From contig JAGVEX010000019.1 in the NCBI GenBank assembly GCA_020057885.1, positions 84,045 through 148,044 on the forward strand: 64,000 nt of DNA. Direction: 5' to 3'. Positions 20,567 to 30,610 of the stretch are shown piece by piece (positions within the stretch are counted from its first letter, which is position 1; each line of letters begins with the position of its first letter). A program made the position numbers and the translations under genes. A model generated the notes under the pieces. That model was not told the DNA's origin. It searched no databases and saw only the letters and a program-made list of their open reading frames with translations. Source of the DNA: a bacterium. Its GTDB lineage: Bacteria; Patescibacteriota; Patescibacteriia; Veblenbacterales; UBA10138.

Positions 20567-20606
20567 AAAGCTGTAGTTAAACTCAAGCAAACTACAGCTT
20601 TTTATT
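20567..20606. terminator. Bidirectional rho-independent terminator
   Basis: 11-bp stem 'aagctgtagtt' / 'aactacagctt', followed by 'tttattattt'. Confidence 0.5.
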
Positions 20607-20627
20607 ATTTACAAAAGATAATTCTCA

Positions 20628-21638
20628 CTAAACTTTCTTTACCTCATTCACAATCTTGCCACTCAAAAACCCCTTGATATTTTCAATGGTGGTATCCAAA
20701 ATTCTTTGCAAAGCTTCTTGACTGTTAAAAGCATTGTGCGGGGTGATTATCACATTAGGGCATTGTAAAAGCACATGGTTTGCGAGCAATGTTTTAAGAT
20801 CGCATTTTTTATGAAACTCGGGCGAAAGAACTTCGCTTTCTTCTTTAATATTAAGTTCTTCTTCTAATACATCGAGTCCAGCACCAGCGAGCGTGCCATC
20901 TTTAAGCGCGGCCACCAAGGCCATAGTATCAATTAAACCGCCACGGGCTGTATTTATCAAAATAGCGCCCTTTTTAACAAGCTTAATATTCTCACTATTT
21001 ATTAAATGGTGAGTTTTTTCATTATAAGGCGCATGCAAAGTTATCACGTCCGACTCTTTCAGTAGGGCATCCAAAGAAACGTAAGAAAATCCTAACAAGC
21101 TGGCTAATTCCTCGTTGGGCTTAGGGTCGAACACCAACACTTCCATATCAAAAGCTTTGGCGATTTTAATTACATGCTGGCCAATGTGCCCGCCGCCGAC
21201 CACGCCCAAAGTTTTGCCTTTAAGATCAAAGCCACGCAATCCTTCGGTGGAAAAATTACCTTTTTGCGTTCGCTCATAAGATTGAAAAATTTTACGCGAT
21301 AAAGCCAAAATCAAGGACCAAGTATGCTCGGCCACGGTATTCTCGCCGTAAAAAGGCACGTTGGATACTTTTATATTCCGCGCGGCGAGAGCGGCTAAAT
21401 CAATATGGTCAAAACCGGTAGAACGCGTAGCCACAAACTCTAAACCGGTTAGTTTTTGAATTACTTCGACTGTTACCGGCGTATAAATAAAGGGCGCCAA
21501 AATTTGCGCGCGACTAAGCCTTTCATAATCCTGCTCCTGCAAAGGCCGGCGCATAAGCACGAGTTTGTGATCGGAAAGTTTATCCTGCAGATAGCCTTCT
21601 TCCCAGCCTTCTAATTCTGTAAAAATAATTTCTGCCAT
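20628..21638 (-). CDS. D-isomer-specific 2-hydroxyacid dehydrogenase (D-lactate or phosphoglycerate dehydrogenase type)
   Basis: NAD-binding 'GVVGGGHIGQHVIKIAKAFDMEVLVFDP' and the catalytic region typical of the family. 336 aa. Confidence 0.8.
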   Translation of the reverse strand: MAEIIFTELEGWEEGYLQDKLSDHKLVLMRRPLQEQDYERLSRAQILAPFIYTPVTVEVIQKLTGLEFVATRSTGFDHIDLAALAARNIKVSNVPFYGENTVAEHTWSLILALSRKIFQSYERTQKGNFSTEGLRGFDLKGKTLGVVGGGHIGQHVIKIAKAFDMEVLVFDPKPNEELASLLGFSYVSLDALLKESDVITLHAPYNEKTHHLINSENIKLVKKGAILINTARGGLIDTMALVAALKDGTLAGAGLDVLEEELNIKEESEVLSPEFHKKCDLKTLLANHVLLQCPNVIITPHNAFNSQEALQRILDTTIENIKGFLSGKIVNEVKKV

Positions 21639-21639
21639 A

Positions 21640-22425
21640 TTAATTTAAGTGTACCTTTTCTAAGGTAATTTTACGACCCAACCATTTTTCCGCAATGGTT
21701 TGAAAGTTGGGCGTGAGATCGGAAACATAAAAATGACTATCGCCTCTTTTAAGCTCTTTATCTATCTCTGGATGTTTAACCAGCCAATTGGCCACTGTTT
21801 GGGCTGTTTCACAAGCAGGATCAATTATCTTAATACGCTTGCCGACTTTGGCAGTTATTAATTTTTTAAGCAAAGGGTAGTGCGTACAGGCTAAAACCAA
21901 AGTATCCACTTGCGCTCGCTTAAACGGCGCCAGATAACTTTTAACTATGCGTTTAGTTTCCGGTTTATCCAGCCAACCCTCTTCTACTAATGGCACCAAC
22001 AAAGGAGCGGTGTGAGCTGTAACTTTAAATTTACCGCCGCCGTTAAGAAGTTTTTGATAAATACCGCTGTTCACTAGGGCCCGAGTGCCCATTACCCCAA
22101 CGTGCTGTGCTTTATTCTGGCTATTTACAGCGCTAATAGCCGGCGCAACTACATCAAACACTGGCACGCTCGGATAAGCTTTTTTAATTGCCTCCATACC
22201 AACAGCAGAAACTGTATTGCAAGCCACTACTAAAACTTTCGCGCCCTTATCTATTAAAAATTTGGCTGCCTGCAGACCATACTCAGCCACTACTTCAGCG
22301 CTTTTGTTACCATAAGGCGTGCGGGCAGTATCACCAAAATAAATAAGTGCGTGCTGAGGCAATCGCTTAATAACCTCGCGCACAACAGTTAATCCGCCAA
22401 TACCTGAATCGAATAAACCAATCAT
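21640..22425 (-). CDS. murI: Glutamate racemase
   Basis: 'GLFDSGIGGLTV', 'VVACNTVSA', and 'LACTHYPLL'. 261 aa. Confidence 0.9.
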   Translation of the reverse strand: MIGLFDSGIGGLTVVREVIKRLPQHALIYFGDTARTPYGNKSAEVVAEYGLQAAKFLIDKGAKVLVVACNTVSAVGMEAIKKAYPSVPVFDVVAPAISAVNSQNKAQHVGVMGTRALVNSGIYQKLLNGGGKFKVTAHTAPLLVPLVEEGWLDKPETKRIVKSYLAPFKRAQVDTLVLACTHYPLLKKLITAKVGKRIKIIDPACETAQTVANWLVKHPEIDKELKRGDSHFYVSDLTPNFQTIAEKWLGRKITLEKVHLN

Positions 22426-23753
22426 AAATTATTTTTTTGAATTAATTTTATGACTTCTGCGTGCTTGCTTTGCAAAAGTTCCGGCGTATTGGCCTCAACT
22501 GTAATTCTTATTAAAGGTTCGGTATTAGAAGGACGCACATTGCACCACCAATCTTTATAACTTACGGTTACGCCATCAAGCTCGTCAATTTTGGCATCGG
22601 CATAAGTTGTTTTAATAAGCTCAAGTACTTTATCTTTATCTCTAACTTCCAAATTGAATTCGGGGGCTTTGGCATAAGGTGAAAATTCCGCCACTAACTC
22701 AGAAAGTTTTTTATTTTCGCGCGATAAAAGTTCCAATATAAGTAAAGCGGCAATAAAACCAGAATCGGCGTAATAATTATCACGAAATGAATAATGCGCG
22801 GAAAGCTCACCACCCATAACTGCTTGGTTTTCTATTAATCCCTGACGCACATTAACATAACCAACTGCTGTGCGCACAGGCTGGCCACCCCATTTTTTAA
22901 CAAACTCCGGCACAGCCTTAGAACAAATTAAATTATAAACAATTGCGGCCGCTGGTTCGCGCTGTAAAAACTCCTTAGCTAATAGAAGCAAGGTTACATC
23001 CGCCGGTACAAATTTCCCCTCGTCATCCACCAAAAATACCCTGTCGGTATCGCCATCGAAAATTATACCTAAATCAGCTTTTTGCTCTTTAACTTTTTCA
23101 CTTAAAGCATCAGTCGCACCAGCTATAAGTGGATTAGAAGGGTGATTAGGAAAAGAGCCGTCTAATTCAAAAAAAAGTGGTGATAGCTGAAAGGGCAAAC
23201 CGCCAAACAAACGGGGTATTACCAACCCGGCCATCCCATTGCCAGCATCTATTACCACTTTAAGAGGTTTAAAACTATTTTTATCCACAAAGGAAAGTAA
23301 ATGTTCTATAAAATCAGGCCAAACATCTCTCTGTCCAAAAGCGCCTTTAGTAGCTGCTTTCTTATTTTTTTTAATTAGATCTTCAATTTCATATCCGCGT
23401 ACAAACTTCACGCCCTTAGTGACTATTTTAAAGCCATTATACTCCGACGGATTATGTGAAGCTGTTACCATTACGCCAGCATCGTAATTAAACTTGCCCA
23501 CTGCAAAATACATAGCATCAATTGATACCATTTCAATATCATCAACCGAGGCGCCACCCTGCAAAATACCATCAATCAAAGCCTGGTGCAGACTAGGTGA
23601 AGAAAGCCGCATATCGCGCCCTACAACTACCTTGCCACCATTTGCTAAGTTGGCCACTGCTAAACCAATCGCTTGCGCCGCCTCCTCATTTAAATCAGTG
23701 GGGTATATACCACGTACATCGTAAGCTTTAAAAATTTTATCAGAAAAAGGCAC
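22422..23753 (-). CDS. alpha-D-phosphohexomutase (phosphoglucosamine or phosphomannomutase type)
   Basis: Active-site 'TASHNPSEYNGFK' and the metal-binding 'DGDTDR' loop. 443 aa. Confidence 0.85.
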   Translation of the reverse strand: MPFSDKIFKAYDVRGIYPTDLNEEAAQAIGLAVANLANGGKVVVGRDMRLSSPSLHQALIDGILQGGASVDDIEMVSIDAMYFAVGKFNYDAGVMVTASHNPSEYNGFKIVTKGVKFVRGYEIEDLIKKNKKAATKGAFGQRDVWPDFIEHLLSFVDKNSFKPLKVVIDAGNGMAGLVIPRLFGGLPFQLSPLFFELDGSFPNHPSNPLIAGATDALSEKVKEQKADLGIIFDGDTDRVFLVDDEGKFVPADVTLLLLAKEFLQREPAAAIVYNLICSKAVPEFVKKWGGQPVRTAVGYVNVRQGLIENQAVMGGELSAHYSFRDNYYADSGFIAALLILELLSRENKKLSELVAEFSPYAKAPEFNLEVRDKDKVLELIKTTYADAKIDELDGVTVSYKDWWCNVRPSNTEPLIRITVEANTPELLQSKHAEVIKLIQKNNL

Positions 23754-23757
23754 AAAT

Positions 23758-24885
23758 TTATTTAAATATAACTAAATTTTTTCGCTGTACGCGCAATACT
23801 GCCCCCCAAGCCAAAAGTGTACCTGCTAAAATCACCAATCCTCCTACCCAAGGTAAACCCGCTAACAAACGATACATAAAAATACCAATCAACACTATTA
23901 CTAAATTTGACCATTTATCCATTACTCCTTTAATTTTGGATTTTAAGAGTAATCCTATGGCAGCGCCAGCTATTACTTGTGCTACCAAACAACTAATAAA
24001 ATATAAACCCACTACAACCAAAGCCAAAGGAATGCCAATAAGTGTAAATAATAAAATAATACATATTATAGGTACAGCCACTCCCCAGATTGCGCCCCAA
24101 CCCAAACTTGGCCAAGTGTGAGTTAAAATTTCCTGCCCCGTCTCCATTATCTGACGCGACCACAAACTCATTAGCACCATACCAAGAACCAAAGCACCAA
24201 ATAACGATATCAACCAACCCCACCACCAACCATGCTCAACTGCATTCTTGTTCCACTCCTTAAACACTGGCGCTTGAGCTAATTTAGCGCCTTGTTCAAT
24301 TTGTGCCTGCGTATTGCCATGATAAACCAGCTGACTCTCTAGCACGGCTGTTTTTGATATATTCAAAATGCCATTATGCTCCAGCCAAACATCAACCGCG
24401 CCTTTCACATTACCGGTTATTTTTACATTACTCGCTCCAACTAAAACATCACCCTCCACCAGCCCGTTAACTTCCAAAGTACCAGCCCCGGCTGTTATAT
24501 GCCCCTGTATTTGTGAGGAAGGCAAAATAATTAATTTACCCGCGCCAATCATAACATTATGCCCAACTGGTCCTGCTATTTCTACATTACCGCCCAAAAT
24601 TCTAACATTGCCACTCACTGGACCTATAATACGAACATTACCGCCCAAAGCCAAAACATCGCCACCAACTTCACCAGACACTAAAACATTTCCTCCGGCC
24701 ACCACCAAATCACTCTCCACTCGCCCGTTAATCTCTACAGTTTGACCAACAGTATAATAATTGCCGCTAATCACCTTATCGGTTGGCAAATTGACATTAT
24801 CTTCTGCGTTGGAGGCAAGCACAGGCAAAACTAAAGCAAAAACAGATATAACACCTGCTATAATGACGATTTTTGAATGCTTCAT
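23758..24885 (-). CDS. Secreted beta-helical-repeat (bactofilin/DUF2807-like) protein with a C-terminal polytopic membrane anchor
   Basis: N-terminal signal-like segment, many 'G(N/D)V.(I/V).G.V' repeats, and 4 C-terminal transmembrane helices. Confidence 0.4.
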   Translation of the reverse strand: MKHSKIVIIAGVISVFALVLPVLASNAEDNVNLPTDKVISGNYYTVGQTVEINGRVESDLVVAGGNVLVSGEVGGDVLALGGNVRIIGPVSGNVRILGGNVEIAGPVGHNVMIGAGKLIILPSSQIQGHITAGAGTLEVNGLVEGDVLVGASNVKITGNVKGAVDVWLEHNGILNISKTAVLESQLVYHGNTQAQIEQGAKLAQAPVFKEWNKNAVEHGWWWGWLISLFGALVLGMVLMSLWSRQIMETGQEILTHTWPSLGWGAIWGVAVPIICIILLFTLIGIPLALVVVGLYFISCLVAQVIAGAAIGLLLKSKIKGVMDKWSNLVIVLIGIFMYRLLAGLPWVGGLVILAGTLLAWGAVLRVQRKNLVIFK

Positions 24886-24989
24886 ATTAAATTAATTAAT
24901 GACATAACGTAATATTATTATAACTTTTTTTACTCAAAATAAAAAGCCCCACTAGTCTTACCAGTAGGGCTAAATTACTCTGTTCCTAA

Positions 24990-25289
24990 TTAATGTTGCG
25001 TTCCAATGCGGAACATTCCTGGGTTATTAGCCTCAAAAAGTCTTCGTCTCTGCTGTTGTGTACGTCGCATATGGGAGATATTAACAATGCTATTGGACAC
25101 CTGAGTCTTTATTTCTTCACGCTCTACAAAGGAAAGCTCAGCTACTTCCTCACATTTTTCAACCTCTTGTAGAGACTTAAACGCATATATTTCGTCACCA
25201 GACTTAAAGTCTTTCGTAATTTGTTGAATAAATTCGCTGTTTCCTTTACCCACGATTTTATTTAGCTGATTCAATGTTTTTATTTTCAT
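24990..25289 (-). CDS. Hypothetical protein (99 aa)
   Basis: Complete ORF. No family recognised. Confidence 0.3.
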   Translation of the reverse strand: MKIKTLNQLNKIVGKGNSEFIQQITKDFKSGDEIYAFKSLQEVEKCEEVAELSFVEREEIKTQVSNSIVNISHMRRTQQQRRRLFEANNPGMFRIGTQH

Positions 25290-25386
25290 AATATACTCTC
25301 TTTTTTTTTATTTTTATTTCGCACCAACGTCCAAGGCTCGGTGCCGCCTTATTTTTTCTAATTATCACTGCTATTAATATTCTTAC

Positions 25387-25860
25387 CTAGCCGTGACCAC
25401 CACCATCACTAAAACTGTAGCCGCCCTCTCTAGGATACACTGAGAGTAAATATATATGGTCACAATCCAACGTGGAACAAATAGCTATGGTTATACATTT
25501 ACTTGCATTGTCCTTTGCTCTTTCTGGGGTTGAGTACATTGCTTCGTTGCCTGTAGCGCCGTCACTTCCTAAATAAACTTTCATGCGAAACATCGGCTTA
25601 CAACAATGATTTTCTTTTGAACCCCAATTCATGTACCACCCCGCGTAGTCAACGCATATCACAGCTCGTTTTTCCATGCCAGCCATTTTTTTAGCGAACT
25701 CTTTTGCTAAACCTTCCTTCTTCTGAATCAAATCTGACGATGGCGCCTTTGAGCTCCACCTAAGAAACCTTAACATTGCAACCCACACTCCTGCTGCTAC
25801 GATGACGAATAAAATAACTATTGGTAACATCATTCCTATTGCGTTCATGGTTACTTTCAC
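25387..25860 (-). CDS. Hypothetical membrane-anchored Cys-containing protein (157 aa)
   Basis: N-terminal transmembrane helix. No family recognised. Confidence 0.35.
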   Translation of the reverse strand: MKVTMNAIGMMLPIVILFVIVAAGVWVAMLRFLRWSSKAPSSDLIQKKEGLAKEFAKKMAGMEKRAVICVDYAGWYMNWGSKENHCCKPMFRMKVYLGSDGATGNEAMYSTPERAKDNASKCITIAICSTLDCDHIYLLSVYPREGGYSFSDGGGHG

Positions 25861-25894
25861 CTTTCTTTTTTATATTATTAATATGTTTTGAATT

Positions 25895-26050
25895 GTTAAA
25901 GAACAAAAACCCTTCTCGCGTTGAGAGGGGTTAGGGGTACTGAAAGCTTCGCTTTCACCCCGATGTCTATCGGGGTGGTTGCTAAAGCAACCAAAATTTA
26001 AAACAGCACCACTCACCGCTCTCTGCGAGCGCTAATGGCATGATGAGTTA
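25895..26050. other. GC-rich cluster of four consecutive hairpins. It may be a structured RNA or leader.
   Basis: Stems 'cccttctc'/'gagagggg', 'caccccgat'/'atcggggtg', 'ggttgc'/'gcaacc' and 'gcgctc'/'gagcgc' lie within about 150 nt of otherwise AT-rich spacer. Confidence 0.25.
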
Positions 26051-26110
26051 AAACTGCGTTAGAAATTAAAATTAAATTCATAAAATTACTTAAATTATAC
26101 CTTTTTTTCT

Positions 26111-26138
26111 TGTATCAATGTGTTAACACATTGATACA
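26111..26138. promoter_or_regulatory. 28-bp perfect palindrome centred on GTTAAC ('tgtatcaatgtgttaacacattgataca'), a trp-operator-like site
   Basis: It lies just downstream of the TrpR-like gene. A related half-site lies in the divergent promoter region at 26492. Confidence 0.5.
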
Positions 26139-26176
26139 TATCATTATAGATCTAAACTACTAAGAATAAACAATAA

Positions 26177-26473
26177 TTATTTAAAACCTAAACGGGTTAA
26201 TACCAAACGGTAACCTCCCATACCCTGCCTTAACCAATGGGCCACACGCGCTACAGTAGTAGTGCTCATTCCCAAACGTCCCGCAATATCACGATAATCT
26301 AAGTCTCGCGATAGCATTTTAGCCACTTGAAGCCTATCAGCCATGTCCACTATTTCCTCTGGCGTGCAAAGATCCCTAAAAAATTTACGGCACTCGTCTG
26401 TTGTTTTAATCTTTAAAATAGCCTCAAATAGCTCGTTGGCCTCTTGTCTATCCCATTTCTTAGCACGTTTCAT
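26177..26473 (-). CDS. TrpR-like DNA-binding protein (YerC/YecD family)
   Basis: 98 aa with a C-terminal HTH ('YRDIAGRLGMSTTTVARVAHWL'). Size and pattern match YerC/YecD. Confidence 0.65.
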   Translation of the reverse strand: MKRAKKWDRQEANELFEAILKIKTTDECRKFFRDLCTPEEIVDMADRLQVAKMLSRDLDYRDIAGRLGMSTTTVARVAHWLRQGMGGYRLVLTRLGFK

Positions 26474-26491
26474 AAAATAATATATTACTTC

Positions 26492-26520
26492 CTTTTGTAT
26501 TAATGTATTAACACGTTAAC
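26492..26520. promoter_or_regulatory. Operator-like half-site plus a 'ttaacac' direct repeat ('tgtattaatgtattaacacgttaacaca') between the regulator gene and glyA
   Basis: 19 of 20 nt match the left arm of the 26111 palindrome. Confidence 0.4.
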
Positions 26521-26609
26521 ACAGGGTTAAAATAATGTCAAATAAAAATTGTGGATAACTTACTAACCAATGGACAAAGGCTTAAAATATCGCTAATATA
26601 AAAGACGCT

Positions 26610-27902
26610 ATGTTAAACTATCTCTCTCAAACAGATTCTGAAATAGAGGCTTGGATAAAGCATGAACTTGAACGCCAACGCCATGGCTTAGAAATGATCC
26701 CTTCGGAAAATTTTACTTCACTCGCGGTAATGGAAGCTCTGGGCTCAATTTTGACTAACAAATACTCCGAGGGTTACCCCGGTAAACGTTACTATGGTGG
26801 CAATGAGTTTATAGATGAGATAGAAAACTTAACGCGTGAACGAGCTAAAAAACTTTTTGGTGTGGAACATGCTAATGTACAACCCTATTCCGGTTCACCT
26901 GCTAATCAAGCAGTATATTTTGCCCTACTTAATCCTGGCGACACTGTGCTCGGTATGGAACTAGCGCAAGGCGGACATTTAACGCACGGTTACAAATTAA
27001 ACTTTTCTGGTAAATATTATAAAGCGGTGAGTTATGGTGTTGATTCTAAAACGCATTTGCTTAACTACGAAGCTATTAGAGAAATTGCTCTTAAAGAAAA
27101 ACCTAAACTTATTATTTGCGGGGCCACGGCTTATCCACGAACAATTGATTTTGCCGCCTTCCGTAAAATAGCTGATGAAGTAAAAGCTTATCTCTTGGCA
27201 GACATTTCGCATATTTCCGGTTTAATAATTGCTGGCGTGCATCCCTCACCAGTGCCTTACGCTGATGTTGTTATGACCACAACCCACAAAACTCTGCGCG
27301 GACCAAGAGGCGCTATGATTTTAGTACCAAAAGTAATTGACCGCTGGCATGAAATTTATCATCCGACCAGCAAGCGCAACCTAGCGGAACTTATTGACGC
27401 GGCCATTATACCTGGCTTGCAAGGTGGACCGCACAATCACCAAACTGCTGCCATTGCCGTGGCCTTAAAAGAAGCAGCTACAGTTGAATTCAAAACTTAT
27501 GGACAACAAATTGTAAAAAATGCCAAAACTTTAGCAGAGACTCTAGTTAAAAAGGGTTTTACTTTAATAACTTCTGGCACCGACAATCATTTAATACTAA
27601 TTGACCTCACAACACAAAATATAACCGGCCAGCAGGCACAAGTGTTGCTTGATAGTGTTGGCATCACTGTTAATAAAAACTTAGTTCCTTATGACACGCG
27701 CACACCACTCGATCCTTCTGGTATTCGTTTAGGCACACCAGCACTCACCAGCCGCGGTTTTAGAGAAGAAGATATGTTAATAGTAGGAGAAATTATTGCT
27801 GCCGTACTTTCTAATCCGCAAAATGAAACAATATTGGCACAAGCCAGACAAAAAGTTAAAGAGCTCACAGATAAATATCCCCTATATCCAGAACTCAATT
27901 GA
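26610..27902 (+). CDS. glyA: Serine hydroxymethyltransferase
   Basis: PLP-lysine region 'TTTHKTLRGPRG'. 430 aa. Confidence 0.95.
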   Translation: MLNYLSQTDSEIEAWIKHELERQRHGLEMIPSENFTSLAVMEALGSILTNKYSEGYPGKRYYGGNEFIDEIENLTRERAKKLFGVEHANVQPYSGSPANQAVYFALLNPGDTVLGMELAQGGHLTHGYKLNFSGKYYKAVSYGVDSKTHLLNYEAIREIALKEKPKLIICGATAYPRTIDFAAFRKIADEVKAYLLADISHISGLIIAGVHPSPVPYADVVMTTTHKTLRGPRGAMILVPKVIDRWHEIYHPTSKRNLAELIDAAIIPGLQGGPHNHQTAAIAVALKEAATVEFKTYGQQIVKNAKTLAETLVKKGFTLITSGTDNHLILIDLTTQNITGQQAQVLLDSVGITVNKNLVPYDTRTPLDPSGIRLGTPALTSRGFREEDMLIVGEIIAAVLSNPQNETILAQARQKVKELTDKYPLYPELN

Positions 27903-28729
27903 TTTTTATGATTACGTTTCTCAAGGGTAAAGAACTAGCCGCTAGTCTACGTCAAGAACTGGCTGACAAAGTTAAAGAACTTAACTTCACCCCCAAGCTC
28001 GGGGTGATTTTGGTTGGCAGTGATCCAGCTTCACAGCTTTATGTTGATTTAAAAGAAAAGGCGGCGGCTGAAGTTGGTATAAAAGTGGATAAAAAATTAT
28101 TTCCCAAAAATATAGACGAAGCTTCTGTTATAAATCAAATTACCGAATTTAATAACAGAAAAGATATTAATGCTATCCTAATTCAATTGCCTCTGCCACC
28201 GCAACTAAATGAGCAAACTATAATTGAAACTATGGATTTTAAAAAAGACGCTGATGGTTTTCATCCTCAAAATCTCCAGGCTTTTTTAGAAAATAAAAAA
28301 TCTATTACTCCGGGAGTAAGCCAAGGAATTATTAAACTTGTTGAATTAGCTCAGCAAAACCTGGCTGGGAAAAAGGCTGTTTTATTAGTTAACAGCCAAG
28401 AATTTGCCGCTCCTTTAATAAAGTTATTAAATCAACTAAAAATGGAAGTTGAGGTTATAACACAATTAGAACCAACTGTATTACTTGGGGCAGATGTTAT
28501 TGTTGTGGCTATTGGCAGGCCTCACACCATCAAAAGTGAACATATAAAAAATGGCGCCATTGTAATAGATGTGGGCACCACTAAATTAGGAAATCGTATT
28601 GTAGGAGATGTAGATACTAGTGGGCTTGATGTAAAAAATATATTTATCACGCCAGTGCCTGGCGGAGTTGGGCCAATGACTGTGGCCATGCTTTTATGGA
28701 ACGTATATTATTTGGCTACTCAAAAATAA
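27899..28729 (+). CDS. folD: Bifunctional methylenetetrahydrofolate dehydrogenase/cyclohydrolase (the start is more likely the ATG at 27908)
   Basis: FolD layout and motifs ('LIQLPLPPQL', 'ITPVPGGVGPMTVAMLL'). Confidence 0.9.
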   Translation: MIFMITFLKGKELAASLRQELADKVKELNFTPKLGVILVGSDPASQLYVDLKEKAAAEVGIKVDKKLFPKNIDEASVINQITEFNNRKDINAILIQLPLPPQLNEQTIIETMDFKKDADGFHPQNLQAFLENKKSITPGVSQGIIKLVELAQQNLAGKKAVLLVNSQEFAAPLIKLLNQLKMEVEVITQLEPTVLLGADVIVVAIGRPHTIKSEHIKNGAIVIDVGTTKLGNRIVGDVDTSGLDVKNIFITPVPGGVGPMTVAMLLWNVYYLATQK

Positions 28730-28834
28730 ACAACCATCAAAGATTATTTTTATAAGGCGGGCGGAGATAATTAGGGTTGTTTTTTAATGACTTAGCAGCT
28801 CCTTTTGTGGCGCTATATTTTGTATAAACTAAAA

Positions 28835-29203
28835 TCACAATTTTAAAATTTTACGTGTTGTTTTAATATCGCGTTCAATAAGTTTAACTAAATCGACAGG
28901 ATTAGTAATTTTAACCAACTCACGAATTTTATCAACTACTTCAACGCTAAGTTTTTGACCATACAAATCACTACTAAAATCAAGTAAATATACTTCCTCA
29001 CTCAAATCACCGTTTGTTTCTAACCAAGCTCCAGAAATTAAAATACCAGGCACTTTTTTATTATTTTCCAATTGTGTCCAACAGGCGTAAACCCCTGCTG
29101 GTGGCTCAAAACTATTATCTAATAATTTAAGATTAGCCGTAGGATAACCAATTTTACGTCCCTCGCCTTTACCAATTACTACCAAACCAACTAATTTAGA
29201 CAT
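28835..29203 (-). CDS. Riboflavin kinase domain protein (stand-alone RibF C-terminal domain)
   Basis: 'GEGRKIGYPTANL...GVY' is the flavokinase signature. 122 aa. Confidence 0.65.
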   Translation of the reverse strand: MSKLVGLVVIGKGEGRKIGYPTANLKLLDNSFEPPAGVYACWTQLENNKKVPGILISGAWLETNGDLSEEVYLLDFSSDLYGQKLSVEVVDKIRELVKITNPVDLVKLIERDIKTTRKILKL

Positions 29204-29774
29204 GACGTCTAATACTTAAATCATATCTAATGTCTTCCAAGCGCCTTAAATGCTGTTTGGCTTGATCAAATTTAGTGCGCAAAATTCCTGTTAAATTCAT
29301 CGCCGCCAATTCACCTACCACCATTGTTCCTACTTCCACTAATTTATCCACTTCTTTAATTTTACCAGCTGTAGCCAATTTAATGGCATAACGCACCAAC
29401 TCGCCAACCATATCCGATAAACCACCCAAATAAACTTCGGGGGTAATATTAAATTTACCTACTTTGTCCAATTTACCTGTTTGCAAAAATTTGGTAAAAA
29501 GTTCAGCCTCTACATATTCCTCCAAAGCCGCACGATAACTGCCAAGCGATTCTAACTCCTTCACTTTGCGCGTTAATAATTGACCTTGTGTTAGCAAGCT
29601 ATTGGCCTCAGCCAACAATTTATCCGCCTCTGGTAAATTATCCCTTTGGGCGGCAAAAATAGCCTGCTTGGCCAAATGCTGAGCTTGGCTGGAAAGTTCG
29701 GCTAATTTTCTGCGGCCAGTGGTTTGGGTTTGGTATTGTTTTTTGAGTTGTTGTAGATATGATGTAATAAGCAT
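29196..29774 (-). CDS. Hypothetical helical protein (192 aa)
   Basis: Complete ORF overlapping the next gene by 8 nt. No confident family. Confidence 0.35.
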   Translation of the reverse strand: MLITSYLQQLKKQYQTQTTGRRKLAELSSQAQHLAKQAIFAAQRDNLPEADKLLAEANSLLTQGQLLTRKVKELESLGSYRAALEEYVEAELFTKFLQTGKLDKVGKFNITPEVYLGGLSDMVGELVRYAIKLATAGKIKEVDKLVEVGTMVVGELAAMNLTGILRTKFDQAKQHLRRLEDIRYDLSIRRHV

Positions 29775-29879
29775 ATTTTAACTATAACTTGCCCTAGCAA
29801 CTAGAGCAATGCCCCCTAAGATGGGGTGGTTAATTTATTGTCTAAGTTAAAAACTAGCGGTATAATATAACTATCATTT

Positions 29880-30389
29880 ATGTCTACTAATTTAACCCTT
29901 GAGCCACAAGCCAATACCGGCAAAACAAATTTGCGCTGGTCTTTTAAGGAATTTAGACAAGTTAAGCGTACTAGAACTTGGTGGATATTAGCTGGACTTA
30001 TTATTGTTGGCTTGGCAACTTGGGCCGTATTAACTGGTAACTTTCTTTTTGCTCTTATTCTTTTAATTGGGTCAGTTATTTTTATTAACGAAAGCCGCCG
30101 GCAACCTCGCCGTTTAGAATGCCAAATAACCACTTTAGGAGTTGTGGTTGGTAAAAAATTTTGGCGCTGGTCTGAATTAACCAGTTTTTGGATTGCGTAC
30201 CACCCGCCCGAAACAGCCAATCTTTATGTAGTTCCTAAAAATCCTCTTGACCCGCGCGTGACCATACTACTTAACCAAACTAACCCTGTAACGGTGCGCG
30301 ACTTGCTTACTAAATATATTATCGAGGATTTAACCCGTGAAGATATTCCCACTTCGGAAGCCCTGAGCCGCTTGTTAAAATTACAATAG
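29880..30389 (+). CDS. Hypothetical membrane protein (169 aa)
   Basis: Two transmembrane helices. No family recognised. Confidence 0.35.
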   Translation: MSTNLTLEPQANTGKTNLRWSFKEFRQVKRTRTWWILAGLIIVGLATWAVLTGNFLFALILLIGSVIFINESRRQPRRLECQITTLGVVVGKKFWRWSELTSFWIAYHPPETANLYVVPKNPLDPRVTILLNQTNPVTVRDLLTKYIIEDLTREDIPTSEALSRLLKLQ

Positions 30390-30610
30390 GGGCTTGCTAA
30401 AAATCAAATTTTAATTTATGCTGACCCAAGCCTAATATAAAGGCTTTTAAATTAGGTTTATAGTTTTTATTCCTTATAAACAGAGAGTACATTTAGGCCC
30501 TCGTAGTTTCCTCCTACGCTCTCGTTGTGCTCGAGCTCCGGCGGACAAGTAATGTTAATTAAAGCATTGCTCGCCCATCGAAGTTCTGGCGTCAGTCAGA
30601 ATACAATTAG

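Noticed and set aside
30495-30600. Second tRNA or an intron-containing tRNA upstream of tRNA-Arg
   Set aside because: It has no T-loop ('ttcga') and no cloverleaf. Only the first 14 nt match.
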